Source of the DNA: Eledone cirrhosa | Lineage: Eukaryota | Reading direction: 5' to 3' | DNA: 64,000 nucleotides | Assembly (NCBI GenBank): GCA_964016885.1 | Contig: OZ024744.1 | Coordinates: forward strand, 102,424,001-102,488,000 | Part shown: positions 1 to 14,080 of the stretch, in pieces | How the letters are laid out: every line of letters begins with the position of its first letter | Numbering within the stretch: the stretch's first letter is position 1 | Notes under the pieces: generated by a model | Told to the model about the DNA's origin: nothing | Database searches by the model: none | Seen by the model: the letters and a program-made list of their open reading frames with translations, nothing else | Program-made: the position numbers and the translations under genes

Positions 1-3000
1 TGTGTCACCAGATATATAAGGTGTGACACTATAGAACAGTTCTATAGTAGGATGGTGTGTCACCAGATATAAAAGGTGAGACACTATAGAACAGGTCTAT
101 AGTAGGATGGTGTGTCACCAGATATATCAGGTGTGACACTATATAACAGTTCTATAGTAGGATGGTGTGTCACCAGATATAACAGGTGTGACACAATAGA
201 ACAGGTCTATAGTAGGATGGTGTGTCACCAGATATATCAGGTGTGACACTATAGAACAGTTCTATAGTAGGATGGTGTGTCACTAGATATATCAGGTGTG
301 ACACTACAGAACAGTTCTATAGTAGAATGGTGTGTCACCAGATATAAAAGGTGTGACACTATAGAACAGTTCTATAGTAGGATGGTGTGTCACCAGATAT
401 ATCAGTTATGACACTATAGAACAGTTCTATAGTAGTATGGTGTGTCACCAGATATATCAGAGGTGACACTATAGAACTGTTTTATAGTAGGATGGTGTGT
501 CAGCAGATATATCAGAGGTGACACTATAGAACAGTTCTATAGTAGGATGGTGTGTCACCAGATATATCAGAGGTGACACTATAGAACAGTTCTATAGTAG
601 GATGGTGTGTCACCAGATATATCAGAGGTGACACTGTAGAAGAGTTCTATAGTAGGATGGTGTGTCACCAGATATATCAGGTGTGACACTATAGAACAAT
701 TCAATAGTAGGATGGTGTGTCACCATATATATCTGGTGTGACACTATAGAACAGTTCTATAGTAGGATGGTGTGTCACCAGATATATCAGGTGTGACACT
801 ATAGAACAGTTCTATAGTTGGATGGTGTGTCACCATATATATCAGAGGTGACACTATAGAACAGTTCTATAGTAGGATGGTGTGTCACCAGATATATCAC
901 GTGTGACACTACAGAACAGATCTATAGTAGGATGGTGTGTCACCAGATATATCAGGGATGACTTATTAGAACAGTTCTGTAGTAGGATGGTGTGTCACCA
1001 GATATATCAGGTGTGACACTATAGAACAGTACTATAGTAGGATGGTGTGTCACCTGATAGATCAAGTGTGACACTATAGAACAGTTCTATAGTAGGATTG
1101 TGTGTCACCAAATATATCAGAGGTGACACTATAGAAGAGTTCTATAGTAGGATGGTGTGTCACCAGATATATCAGAGGTGACACTGTAGAAGAGTTCTAT
1201 AGTAGGATGGTGTGTCACCAGATATATCAGGTGTGACACTATAGAACAGTTCTATAGTAGGATGGTGTGTCACCAGATATATCACGTGTGACACTACAGA
1301 ACAGATCTATAGTAGGATGGTGTGTCACCAGATATATAAGGTGTGACACTATAGAACAGTTCTATATTAGTCTGGTGTGTCACCAGATATATCAGGGATG
1401 ACACTATAGCACAGTTCTATAGTAGGATGGTGTGTCACCTGATAGATCAAGTGTGACACTATAGAACAGTTCTATAGTAGGATTGTGTGTCAACAGATAT
1501 ATCAGGTGTGACACTATAGAACAGTTCTATAGTAGGATGGTGTGTCACCAGATATATCAGAGGTGACACTATAGAACAGTTCTATAGTAGGATGGTGTGT
1601 CACCAGATGTATCAGAGGTGACACTATAGAACAGTTCTATATTAGGATGGTGTGTCCCAAGATATATCAGATGTGATACAATAGAACAGTTCTATAGTAG
1701 GATGGGTTGTCACCAGATATATCAGGTGACACTACAGAACAGTTCTATAGTAGGATGGTGTGTCACCAGATATAATACTATAGAATAGTTCTATCCTAGG
1801 TTGGTGTGTCACCAGATATATCACAGATGACACTATAGTACAGTTCTATAGTAGTATGGTGTGTCACCAGATATATCACAGATGACACTATAGAACAGTT
1901 CTATTGTAGGATGGTGTGTCACCAGATATATCAGGTGTGACACTATAGAACAGTTCTATAGTATGTTGGTGTGTCACCAGATTTATAAGGTGTGACACTA
2001 TAGAACAGTTCTATACTAGGATGGTGTGTAACCAGATATATCAGGTGTTACACTATAGAACAGTTCTATAGTAGGATGGTGTGTCACCAGATATATCAGG
2101 TGTGACACTATAGAACAGTTCTATAGTAGGATGGTGTGTCACCAGATATATCAGGTGTGACTCTATAGAACAGTTCTATAGTAGGATGGTGTGTCACCAG
2201 ATATATAAGTGGTGACACTGTAGAACAGTTCTATAGTAGGATGGTGTGTCACCAGATATATCACAGATGACACTATAGAACAGTTCTATAGTAGGATGGT
2301 GTGTCACCATATATATCAGGTGTGACACTATAGAACAGTTCTATAGAAGTATGGTGTGTCCCAAGATATATCAGATGTGATACTATAGAACAGTTCTATA
2401 GTAGGATGGTGTGTCACCAGATATATCAGGTGTGACACTATAGAACAGTTCTATAGTAGGATGGTGTGTCACCAGATATATCAGGTGTGACTCTATAGAA
2501 CAGTTCTATTGTAGGATGGTGTGTCACCAGATATATCAGGTGTGACACTATAGAACAGTTCTATAGTATGTTGGTGTGTCACCAGATATATCAGGTGTGA
2601 CACTATAGAACAGTTCTATACTAGGATGGTGTGTCACCAGATATATCAGGTGTCACACTATAGAACAGTTCTATAGTAGGATGCTGTGTCACCATATATA
2701 TCAGAGGTGACACTATAGAACAGTTCTATAGTAGGATGGTGTGTCACCAGATATATCAGGTGTGACATATTAAAACAGTTCTATAGTAGGATCGTGTGAC
2801 ACCAGATATATAAGTGGTGACACTATAGAACAGTACTATAGTAGGATGGTGTGTCACCATATATATTGGTGTGACACTATAGAACAGTTCTAAAGTAGAA
2901 TGGTGTGTCACCAGATATATGAGAGATGACACTATAGAACTGTTCTATAGAAGGATGGTGTGTCACCAGATATATCAGAGCTGAGACTATAGAACAGTTC

Positions 3001-6000
3001 TATAGTAGGATGGTGTGTCTCCAGATATATCAGAGGTGACACTATAGAACAGTTCTATAGTAGGATGGTGTGTCACCAGATATAACAAGTATGACACTAT
3101 AGAACAGTTCTATAGTAGAATGATGTGTCAACAGATATATCAGGTGTGACACTATAGAACAGTTCTATAGTAGGATGGTGTGTCACCAGATATAAAAGGT
3201 GAGACACTATAGAACAGGTCTATAGTAGGATGGTGTGTCACCAGATATATCAGGTGTGACACTATATAACAGTTCTATAGTAGGATGGTGTGTCACCAGA
3301 TATAACAGGTGTGACACAATAGAACAGTTCTATAGTAGGATGGTGTGTCACCAGATATATCAGGTGTGACACTATAGAACAGTTCTATAGTAGGATGGTG
3401 TGTCACCAGATATATCAAGTGTGACACTACAGAACAGTTCTATTGTAGAATGGTGTGTCACCAGATATAAAAGGTGTGACACTATAGAACAGTTCTATAG
3501 TAGGATGGTGTGTCACCAGATATATCAGTTATGACACTATAGAACAGTTCTATAGTAGTATGGTGTGTCACCAGATATATCAGAGGTGACACTATAGAAC
3601 TGTTTTATAGTAGGATGGTGTGTCAGCAGATATATCAGAGGTGACACTATAGAACAGTTCTATAGTAGGATGGTGTGTCACCAGATATATCAGAGGTGAC
3701 ACTGTAGAAGAGTTCTATAGTAGGATGGTGTGTCACCAGATATATAAGGTGTGACAATCTAGAACAGTTCTATAGTAGGATGGTGTGTCACCATATATAT
3801 CAAGTGTGACACTATAGAACAGTTCTATAGTAGGATGGTGTGTCACTAGATATATCAGGTGTGACACTATAGAACAGTTCTATAGTAGAATGGTGTGTCA
3901 CCAGATATATCAGGTGTGACACTATAGAACAGTTCTATAGTAGGATTGTGTGTCACCTGATAGATCAAGTATGACACTATAGAACAGTTCTATAGTAGGA
4001 TTGTGTGTCAACAGATATATCAGTTGTGACACTATAGAACAGTTCTATAGTAGGATGGTGTATCACCAGATATATCAGAGGTGACACTATAGAACAGTTC
4101 TATAGTAGGATGGTGTGTCACCAGATATATCTGGTGTGACACTATAGAACAGTTCTATAGAAGTATGGTGTGTCCCAAGATATATCAGATGTGATACTAT
4201 AGAACAGTTCTATAGTAGGATGGGTTGTCACCAGATATATCAGGTGACACTACAGAACAGTTCTATAGTAGGATGGTGTGTCACCAGATATATCAGATGT
4301 TATACTATAGAATAGTTCTATCCTAGGTTGGTGTGTCACCAGATATATCACAGATGACACTATAGTACAGTTTTATAGTAGTATGGTGTGTCACCAGATA
4401 TATCACAGATGACACTATAGAACAGTTCTATTGTAGGATGGTGTGTCACCAGATATATCAGGTGTGACACTATAGAACAGTTCTATAGTATGTTGGTGTG
4501 TCACCAGATATATCAGGTGTGACACTATAGAACAGTTCTATAGTAGGATGGTGTGTAACCAGATATATCAGGTGTGACACTATAGAACAGTTCTATAGTA
4601 GGATGGTGTGTCACCAGATATATCAGGTGTGACTCTATAGAACAGTTCTATAGTAGGATGGTGTGTCACCAGATATATAAGTGGTGACACTGTAGAACAG
4701 TTCTATAGTAGGATGGTGTGTCACCAGATATATACAATGTGACACTATAGAACAGTTCTATAGTACGATGGTGTGTCACCAGATATATCAGGGGTGACAC
4801 TATAGAACAGTTCTATAGTAGGATGGTGTGTCACCAGATATATTGGGGGCGACACTAGAGAACAGTTCTATAGTAGGATGGTGTGTCACCAGATATATGA
4901 GAGGTGATACTGTAGAAGAGTTCTATAGTAGTATGGTGTGTCACCAGATATATCAGAGGTGACACTATAGAACAGTTCTATAGTTGATGGTGTGTCACCA
5001 GATATATCAGGTGTAACACTATAGAACAGTTCTACAGTAGGATGCTGTGTCACCATATATATCAGAGGTGACACTATAGAACAGTTCTATAGTAGGATGG
5101 TGTGTCACCAGATATATCAGGTGTGACATATTAAAACAGTTCTATAGTAGGATGGTGTGACACCAGATATATAAGTGGTGACACTATAGAACAGTACTAT
5201 AGTAGGATGGTGTGTCACCATATATATTGGGGTGACACTATAGAACAGTTCTATAGTAGAATGGTGTGTCACCAGATATATGAGAGATGACACTATAGAA
5301 CTGTTCTATAGTAGGATGGTGTGTCACCAGATATATCAGAGCTGAGACTATAGAACAGTTCTATAGTAGGATGGTGTGTCTCCAGATATATCAGAGGTGA
5401 CACTATAGAACAGTTCTATAGTAGGATGGTGTGTCACCAGATATAACAAGTATGACACTATAGAACAGTTCTATAGTAGAATGATGTGTCAACAGATATA
5501 TCAGGTGTGACACTATAGAACAGTTCTATAGTAGGATGGTGTGTCACCAGATATAAAAGGTGAGACACTATAGAACAGGTCTATAGTAGGATGGTGTGTC
5601 ACCAGATATATAAGGTGTGACACTATAGAACAGTTCTATAGTAGGATGGTGTGTCACCAGATATAAAAGGTGAGACACTATAGAACAGGTCTATAGTAGG
5701 ATGGTGTGTCACCAGATATATCAAGTGTGACACTATAGAACAGTTCTATAGTAGGATGGTGTGTCAACAGATATATCAGTTGTGACACTATAGAACAGTT
5801 CTATAGTAGGATGGTGTGTCACCAGATATATCAGAGGTGACACTATAGAACAGTTCTATAGTAGGATGGTGTGTCACCAGATATATCTGGTGTGACACTA
5901 TAGAACAGTTCTATAGAAGTATGGTGTGTCCCAAGATATATCAGATGTGATACTATAGAACAGTTCTATAGTAGGATGGGTTGTCACCAGATATATCAGG

Positions 6001-7466
6001 TGACACTACAGAACAATTCTATAGTAGGATGGTGTGTCACCAGATATATCAGATGTGATACTATAGAATAGTTCTATCCTAGGTTGGTGTGTCACCAGAT
6101 ATATCACACATGACACTATAGTACAGTTCTATAGTAGTATGGTGTGTCACCAGATATATCACAGATGACACTATAGAACAGTTCTATTGTAGGATGGTGT
6201 GTCACCAGATATATCAGGTGTGACACTATAGAACAGTTCTATAGTATGTTGGTGTGTCACCAGATATATCAGGTGTGACACTATAGAACAGTTCTATAGT
6301 AGGATGGTGTGTCACCAGATATAAAAGGTGAGACACTATAGAACAGGTCTATAGTAGGATGGTGTGTCACCAGATATATAAGGTGTGACACTATAGCACA
6401 GTTCTATAGTAGGATGGTGTGTCACCAGATATAAAAGGTGAGACACTATAGAACAGTTCTATAGTAGGATGGTGTGTCACCAGATATAAAAGGTGAGACA
6501 CTATAGAACAGGTCTATAGTAGGATGGTGTGTCACCAGATATATCAGGTGTGACACTATATAACAGTTCTATAGTAGGATGGTGTGTCACCAGATATAAC
6601 AGGTGTGACACAATAGAACAGGTCTATAGTAGGATGGTGAGTCACCAGATATATCAGGTGTGACACTATAGAACAGTTCTATAGTAGGATGGGTTGTCAC
6701 CAGATATATCAGGTGACACTACAGAACAATTCTATAGTAGGATGGTGTGTCACCAGATATATCAGATGTGATACTATAGAATAGTTCTATCCTAGGTTGG
6801 TGTGTCACCAGATATATCACACATGACACTATAGTACAGTTCTATAGTAGTATGGTGTGTCACCAGATATATCACAGATGACACTATAGAACAGTTCTAT
6901 TGTAGGATGGTGTGTCACCAGATATATCAGGTGTGACACTATAGAACAATTCTATAGTATGTTGGTGTGTCACCAGATATATCAGGTGTGACACTATAGA
7001 ACAGTTCTATAGTAGGATGGTGTGTAACCAGATATATCAGGTGTTACACTATAGAACAGTTCTATAGTAGGATGGTGTGTTACCAGATCTATCAGGTGTG
7101 ACACTATAGAACAGTTCTATAGTAGGATGGTGTGTCACCAGATATATCAGGTGTGACTCTATAGAACATTTCTATAGTAGGATGGTGTGTCACCAGATAT
7201 ATAAGTGGTGACACTGTAGAACAGTTCTATAGTAGGATGGTGTGTCACCAGATATATACAATGTGACACTATAGAACAGTTCTATAGTAGGATGGTGTGT
7301 CACCAGATATATCAGAGGTGACACTGTAGAACAGTTCTATAGTAGGATGGTGTGTCACTAGATATATGATAGATGACACTATAGCACAGTTCTATAGTAG
7401 GATGGTGTGTCAGCAGAAATATGAGAGGTGACACCATAGAACAGTTCTATAGTAGGATGGTGTGTC
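1..7466. repeat. 55-bp tandem satellite, about 135 units, runs off the left edge; derived from an RTE LINE ORF
   Basis: Consensus GGATGGTGTGTCACCAGATATATCAGGTGTGACACTATAGAACAGTTCTATAGTA. TGTGTCACCA recurs at 1, 56, 111 and onward. No unique spacers. The right end runs directly into RTE sequence. Confidence 0.98.
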
Positions 7467-8178
7467 TAGTAAATAATAATTACAGCCGTCAGCATCCGTG
7501 TATAATTTCCATCAAGTTTGGATTTTCAGTGTCCAAGCAATGGCACCATATATCAAGACAGATTCTACACTGGCACGGGAGAAGGTTCATTTTAGGTTGT
7601 CTAGATGATCAGATTTCCATATTTTTTCCATCTTAACGCTTTAGCATTCACATTACTCTATATCTACTATTGTATTTTCACAGTAAACACTTTATGTCAC
7701 ATAATTATCTTACATAATATCGAATGTATGAGATTTTGATATTATTTATTTTGAAAACAATAATTTAATATCAGTATGAGTGGCTAATTATGGCTGGTTT
7801 GAACAGAAAGAGGTAAGAGATTTCTGGCCGGATACAGCCAGTTTAAATGCGAAAGCGTTAATTGTGGTCCTTGAATTAGTATTCTGATCTTCATATCGTT
7901 TTCAGTTGAATTGATTTCACTTCCAAGATATGTAAAGTTCTCAACAGATTTGATAGAATCTCCAGCGAGTGTTTCAATAGAGCTTCTCTTATTGAAGCTA
8001 ATGATGCGTTCACACAGTCCAATGTCAAGATGAGAAAGGATTGTGCATCAGCTACCACAGCTAGATCATCTGCGTAAGTGACATCAGTCAATTTCTTCCC
8101 AGGATGACGATTCGATAACCTTGGAGACAAGGTAAATCCCAAGTCATAATGTTTATCAAAAGATGTTCATAGGACATT
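7467..8178 (-). mobile_element. Decayed RTE-clade LINE fragment (RT C-terminal half), copy 1 of the satellite host
   Basis: Minus-strand translation gives GFTLSPRLSNRHPGKKLTDVTYADDLAVV, KSVENFTYLGSEI, VESVLIYGAIAWTL and LDGNYTRML. Near-identical to 16595-16938. Confidence 0.85.
7633..7861. mobile_element. TTAA-targeting (piggyBac-type) MITE inserted in the RTE
   Basis: TTAA-CGCTTTAGCATT ... AATGCGAAAGCG-TTAA gives terminal inverted repeats with a TTAA duplication. Related copies at about 51160-51378, 53560-53752 and 10645-10795. Confidence 0.75.
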
Positions 8179-10642
8179 TTCTTCTTATCATGTCCACAAG
8201 GCTGTCAGCTACAAAGCTTGGCTAGATGTAGTTCTGCCTCAACTGAACACATTACTGTCTTTTCTCATTAAACTCTGCCAAGTCCAATACTGTTCCAGCA
8301 GGGGGAATGTCAGGAGGTCCTGTGTAGTCTGTAGTTTGATGCCATAGTCACACACAACGTCCCCATCCTTTAGATATCCCCATTTTGCCAGATTGGATTT
8401 TGCACGTCCAACACCAGATCTTAGTCTGTTTAGGCAGTTCCACACTGCATAGTTTGTATCTGCTCCAGGGAGCAGTGCTTCACTCGCCTTTAGCTCCATT
8501 GTTATTACAGATGGGAGGTTGTTAAGTTTTTCTTCCCAGCGAGTGACTCTTTCACTACTTTTACTTGATGTTTCAAGGGGTGTGACGCTCTTTAGGAAAC
8601 TTTTCCTGGATTTAAGGCTGCTTTTGGCTGGCATATGGCTGAAGAGAGGATGCTTTTGATCTGTAGTGTGTTGTTGACACTCTTTCTTGCTTGCTGCACT
8701 TTGTTGTAGCTCTGGTGGGGTTTGCCTGCCAGGATATACAGGCGGTCCATAGGTGTAGATATCAGGCAGCCTGTGATTAGGCGGCAACTAACATAGAAAG
8801 TTGGATCTAGCTTCTGGACATGGTCAGCTCACTCCCATACTGGGCATGGATACTCGACAGCTGAGAAGCAGAGAGCTAGTGCAGTTGTCTTCAGAGTCTG
8901 TGGGTTTGCACCCCAGGTTGTGCTAGTGAACTTGTGGATGATGTTGTTCCTTGCATTCACTTTGCACTTGGTCTTCTCAATGTGGATCTTAAAAGAGAGA
9001 CCCCTGTCCAGGGTTACACTGGATGCTCACAGTGTTCAAGGGGGGGTGGGGGTGTTCCTGATTAGTTGACCTTCAGTTGGTGCTTGGCTTCACGGTTTCA
9101 TGGGTGGAAAGCCACATATCTGCATCTTGGATGGATTTGCACCCAGATGATTCTCTTCATAATAAGGTGTTAGCTCTGGAAGAGCTAACACCTTATAATG
9201 AAGGTGGGAGGCCATTCTTGAGTCTTCAAGAATGGCCTCCCACAGGATCTGCTTTCCTTCTCTCCAAGATCAATAAAGAAGTGTCTGTTTTCAAGTATGT
9301 TTTCAATCAACTCCATCAGACAGGTGTCTCTTGTGGTCTCCAGGATCTTTCTAAGGAGATGTCTGTAGTTGATTGTGTCATAGGCAGCTGAGAGGTCAAC
9401 AAATACCACCCTGGTTACCATCCCTTCCTTGATGTAGTGGGTGAGGTTGAGTACTTGGCTAGTTGTCCACTTGCTAGGGTGGAAGCCTGCTTGTTCAGGG
9501 ATGAGGTGTTCGTCCATTCTGTTGAGGACCAGGCATTCAAAGAGCTTGTAAGTGTGACTCAAAAGTGAGATTAGTCTAAATTTCTTAGGTTTGAGGGTAG
9601 AGATTCCTGCTTCCAACTCTTCTATGATAGAAGCAGTGCCCGCAGTGTATTTCTTGCGGTTTAGTTTGATCTTCTTCCGTCTCTTTGCATTCTCTAGTAA
9701 TTGGTTGGCAGTGACTATTGGGTGCTGAGTGGCTGCTTTAGGACTACCATGTAGCTTGTGAATAAGTGTTCATGCTTTCTTGATGTTTTTTTACATGTCC
9801 ATAGACTCAATAAGAGCATTCCAGGTCTTGCTTTGCTCTTGGGCAATGCTTTCCATCACCTTCTTCTTGTCTTAGGCAGTTGTTTCTTCTGAGAAAGGGT
9901 CTGCTTCAAACATGCTGATATAGTTGGCTTAGAGTTCTGTACATTCCTTTGAAAGTCCAGGTACATATATTCAACTCTACAGCCTCGTGGGATATGTTTC
10001 CGAGCAGTTTTCAGCACCAGGTTAGCAAAAAGGTTGTAGTTATTGCTTGTTGGTATTATATGTTTGATCTTCTCTTCCAGCTTGTTGGTGAAACCTTTCT
10101 AGTAGCAGAAGCACCTTTTAAAAGGCACAATGGTCGAAACTACAGCTGCATTGGACGGTGTTGGCTTGATGGAATAGGATCCAGAACAGTCTTTTTACAC
10201 AGTCCAGTGATGTTACTTGTGACCATGGTGAGATCTGGGTTATAGCCACGTTTCCAACGAGCACTGAAAAACGAGTGTCGTAGCTTGGAGTCATGGATAA
10301 GACTCAGTTGATCAATATCCATCCAGTTCTCTACTGCTTCTCCCTCCTTGTTCAGTTCAGGTTAGCCCCACTGGGTACTGTGGCTATTGAAGTCACTGAT
10401 AATGATCTGTGGATTGCTGGGTACTTTGGTGATTGGCTGGGAAAACAAAGTTAACAGGTGGTGGTTTATAGACAGATGTTACTGTTACACTGTTTAGCTC
10501 AACAGATAAGACTTTGATGTCTTGGTAATCTGACATGTTCATTTCTTCTATAGATAAACCTGTTTTTACAAACACAGCACTGCCGTACTGCCGATGGGGT
10601 CGCTCAATGGCCAGGACCATTCCAGATATGGTTGTTTTCACT
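8179..10642 (-). mobile_element. Decayed LINE, probably Vingi/Ingi clade (APE endonuclease + RT), copy 1
   Basis: Minus-strand fragments: ERPHRQYGSAVFVK and [10 protein letters not shown] (EN); FRLISLLSHTYKLFE and FVDLSAAYDTI (RT); TTWGANPQTLKTTALALCFS; LNRLRSGVGRAKSNLAKWG. 3' tail GACATGATAAGAAG. Frameshifted. The clade call is from motif recall. Confidence 0.75.
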
Positions 10643-10644
10643 CC

Positions 10645-10795
10645 CTCTTCTTTCTGTTCAAATTGTCTGTAACTGGCCACTCATACTAATGTTATGGTAT
10701 TGTTCTCAAAATAAATAATATCAAAATCTCATAGATTTGATATTATGTGAGATAATTATGTTTACGAGAAAATACAATAGTATATATAGAGTAGT
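10645..10795. mobile_element. Fragment of the TTAA MITE, split by an RTE insertion; its terminus resumes at about 12536-12561
   Basis: Matches 51205-51355. AGTAATGTAAATGCTAAAGGGTTAA at about 12537-12561 matches the MITE end at about 51354-51378. Confidence 0.65.
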
Positions 10796-12535
10796 CATCA
10801 TCATCATCGATTAATGTCCATCTTCCACGCTAGTATGTATTAAACAGGTCCCATTTAGAGGCAAGTTAGGTCGGCTGACCGTGCCTCGCTCATATAAGAG
10901 TGTTTCTGGCTGGTTTTCTACAATTGGATGCCCTTCCTAACGCCAACCACATTTACAGTGTGGGCTGGGTGCTTTTAGCCGTGTCTTTTAATCGTCCACT
11001 TTACAGTGTGGGCTGGGGGGGGGGGGTATTTGTGGGGGCATACTGTATATATGCTTCAGCTTGTGCTCGTGGAAAGTTGGGTCTTCTGTATTACTGCATA
11101 TCACCAGAGATCCCAGTCACATGTCATCTCCTTTGAGAGGTGCAATTGAGCAAGGTCGGCTTTTATCACCTCATCCCAGGTCTTCTTGGGTCTCCCCACT
11201 CCATGGCTTCCATCAACTTTTAGTGCTCTGCACCTTTTTATGCAGCTGTCATCCTTCATACACATCACATGTCCTTACCAACACAACCTCCTCTCCTGCA
11301 CACAGCATTTGATTCCTCTTACGCCTAGTTTCTCAGTTCATTTATGCTTTGCTGTTTGCGTATATTGCTATTACACATCCATCGGAGCATTCAGGCTTCA
11401 TTTCTTTCTAATCTATGCAAATCTTCTATACACAGCGCCCAGGTCTCACTACCATGCAACATAGCTGTACGTATGCATGCATCATACAGTCTGCCTTTTG
11501 TTCTGAGAGAAAAGCCTTTTGTAGCCAGCAGTGGAAGTAGCTCCCTGAACGTCCTCCATCCTGTTCTTACCCTGGCTACTGTACTTTCCAAACACCCACC
11601 ACCGCTGCTAATTCAGTCACCTAAGTAGCAGAAGCTATCTACTGTTTCTACAGAGCCCTCTGAGAATTTGGTAGCACTTGTGTCCCTGTGGTTGTTTGCT
11701 ACTTACTGTTCCAGTGCAACTGCTACATGTGGAGTCTACATTCTTAGTTAAGCTTCCTGAGATCCCACTACATTTCTTGTGTGCCCATAGTTTGCACATG
11801 GGGCAGAGGATGGAATTTCTACCAATGCCTTTCCTACATACTGGACAAGGCCATTTCCCTGAGGGGATCTAGGTTTTGTTTTTCTTCTACTTACTAGGAC
11901 CTTAGTCTTTGTCAGGTTGACTTTAAGGTCCCTTCTTTCTAGGCCCTGCTTCCATGTTTGTAATTTCTTCTCTAGTTCCATCATGGATTCAGCTATAAGT
12001 GTAAGATCATCCATGTACAGAAGTTCCCATGGGCATCCGGTCTTAAACTCCTCTGTTATAGTAAAATGATAATAAACAGGAGTGGGCTAAGGACAGAACC
12101 CTGGTGGACGCCAACTTGTACACTAAATTCCTTGCTATAGTCATCGTTAATCCTAATTTTGCTGACTGTTCCCCTATAGACGGCTTGTACAGCCTTCACA
12201 GGCCACTCATCTACTCCTAGTTTTCTAAGAGCCCACCAGATTATAGCACGGGGCACTCTGTTGAAAGCTTTTCCAGATCAACAAATGTTAGGTAGAGAGG
12301 CTTACTTTTAGCTAGGTACTTTTCCTGTAACTGTCTCACAAGGAAAAGGGCATCAGTGGTGCTTTTGCCTGGTACAAATCCAAACCTAATCAACTGTGCT
12401 ATGACTCTTTCTCTTACTTTCATTACCTGGTCCAACAGTTTTATACCTGTATCTAGTGCATCCCCTTTACCCTTATAGCAATTGACAATGATGCTGCTGC
12501 ACCACTCATATGGTATGATGCCATACAGTGTTACT
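10796..12535 (-). mobile_element. 5'-truncated RTE LINE (PHD-finger family) with (GAT)n tail
   Basis: ORF pieces FGFVPGKSTTDALFLVRQLQEK, VGVHQGSVLSPLLF, DDLTLIAES and LYDACIRTAMLHGSETW. 3' tail ATGGACATTAA-TCGATGATGATG on the minus strand. Confidence 0.9.
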
Positions 12536-12649
12536 TAGTAATGTAAATGCTAAAGGGTTAACAGATGAAAATGGTAACCAATCTTATGGAACTGTCATTG
12601 TAAATGTAAGATATGCAACTGTTTATAGAGTAATATGATCATTATATTC

Positions 12650-12800
12650 CTAGTATAGCGAAATGACGAAGAGGTTAACATCACAATCGTTAGGTCCTGG
12701 GTTTAATCCTGCAGCATAGAATCTTGTGCAAGAATCACACACCATAACCTTGTTAGTGAAATTGGGTAGACAGAAACTGTTTAGAAGCCCGTCAGATAGA
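12650..12800 (+). mobile_element. Degenerate SINE; related copies at about 49440-49600 and 52240-52400
   Basis: Shared motif GTGAAATT(G/T)GGTA..CAGAAACTG..GAAGC..GTC and a decayed tRNA-like head. Confidence 0.5.
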
Positions 12801-12991
12801 CTGTAGCTGTAATTCAAAATGTCAGCTTTGTCACACTGAATCTCCCTGGGAATTATATTAGGAGTACACATGTCTGTGGAAGGCTCAGTCACTTACACAT
12901 TAATTTCATTGAAAGTGATAGGGGCCTATCATTTTTTGCTATGTAAAGTTTGTATGACATGGAAAAGAGAATAGGAATCTTGTTTCAGAAC

Positions 12992-14002
12992 TGTAGTGAG
13001 CTATTTTCCGTTGGCGCATTGATATCTTTTCTGTGCATTGTTTGTCACAGTACAGCCAATCGCTACCAGCGTATCTCAACTTCCACCCAGAGGAATAAAT
13101 TCCTGTTTCTTTTCGATAAACTTTCTCTTTTTTACAGCTAGACCCTGTTAAGGTAACAACTATTTGTTTTTGCTCAACAAACATCATCCCAAAATGTAAC
13201 TACCAAACTTTACCGCAGCCTGGCTTCTCACTTCAGCCACTGGACCGCGTCTTCTCTTACAGAACCTTAATTTGTTTATTTAATTTCTTTTGGCAACACT
13301 TACCATAACAGCTACACAGCTCTGGTACAACATTTACCATAACAGCTACACAGCTCTGGTACAACACTTACCATAACAGCTACACAGCTCTGGTAAAACA
13401 GTAACCATAACAACTAACATTTAATGCAAAAACAGCAAATTTTTGCCCAATGTCAGACTTTATCCGTTTTCTGGTAGACTCCGGGTGGTCCCGTATAAAT
13501 AGCAAAACAGCTAGTCATTTGACACAGCGGCTCAACAAGGCCCTTAGCACCTCATTTACAATTTTCTTCTTGCATGCATTCTTTTGTCCAATTTTTTCAT
13601 TGATGTGTTCTCTTTCAGCGTTTTCCGGCTTGTTATCAATGCTAATTCAATCTTATTTATCATCCTAAATAGGGGGTATTGTAATGAGCTACTTTCTGTT
13701 GGCGCATTGATACCTTTTCCGTGTGTTGTTTGGCTCAGTTCAGCCAATCGCTACCAGCATAGGGAAATGTATCTCAACTTTTGCCCAGAGGAAGAAATAC
13801 CCGTTTCTTTTTTATAAACTTTCTCTTTTTTGCAGCTAGACTCCATTAAGGTAACAACTATTTGTTTTTGCTCAACAAACATCATTCCAAAATGAAATGT
13901 AACTACTGAACTTTATCGCGGCCTGGCTTCTCACTTCAGCCACTGGACCGTGACTTCTCTTACAGAACCTTAATTTGTTTATTTCATTTCTTTCGGCAAT
14001 TC
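12992..14002 (+). repeat. Pair of ~310-bp direct repeats (12992-13297, 13680-14002) flanking a 33-bp x3 minisatellite; possible TRIM-like LTR element
   Basis: Both repeats begin TGTA(G/A)TGAGCTA and end near GGCAA(TT)CA. Purine run AAATAGGGGG lies just before the second copy. CTTACCATAACAGCTACACAGCTCTGGTACAAC repeats at 13298-13410. Confidence 0.6.
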
Positions 14003-14080
14003 ATGCCAGCACAGCTAACACAACTCTTCCAATCTTTGTTAATAAATTATATTAAAACGTTATAAAGTCTTATGATGTTA

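Noticed and set aside
4886-5074. 62-aa ORF in the satellite
   Set aside because: Chance stop-free run of monomers. The 55-bp period shifts frame every unit.
1-7466. CRISPR-like array (palindromic repeats at regular spacing)
   Set aside because: No unique spacers; the whole 55 bp repeats with point variants only. No cas genes, a eukaryotic context, and the monomer is explained by an RTE ORF.
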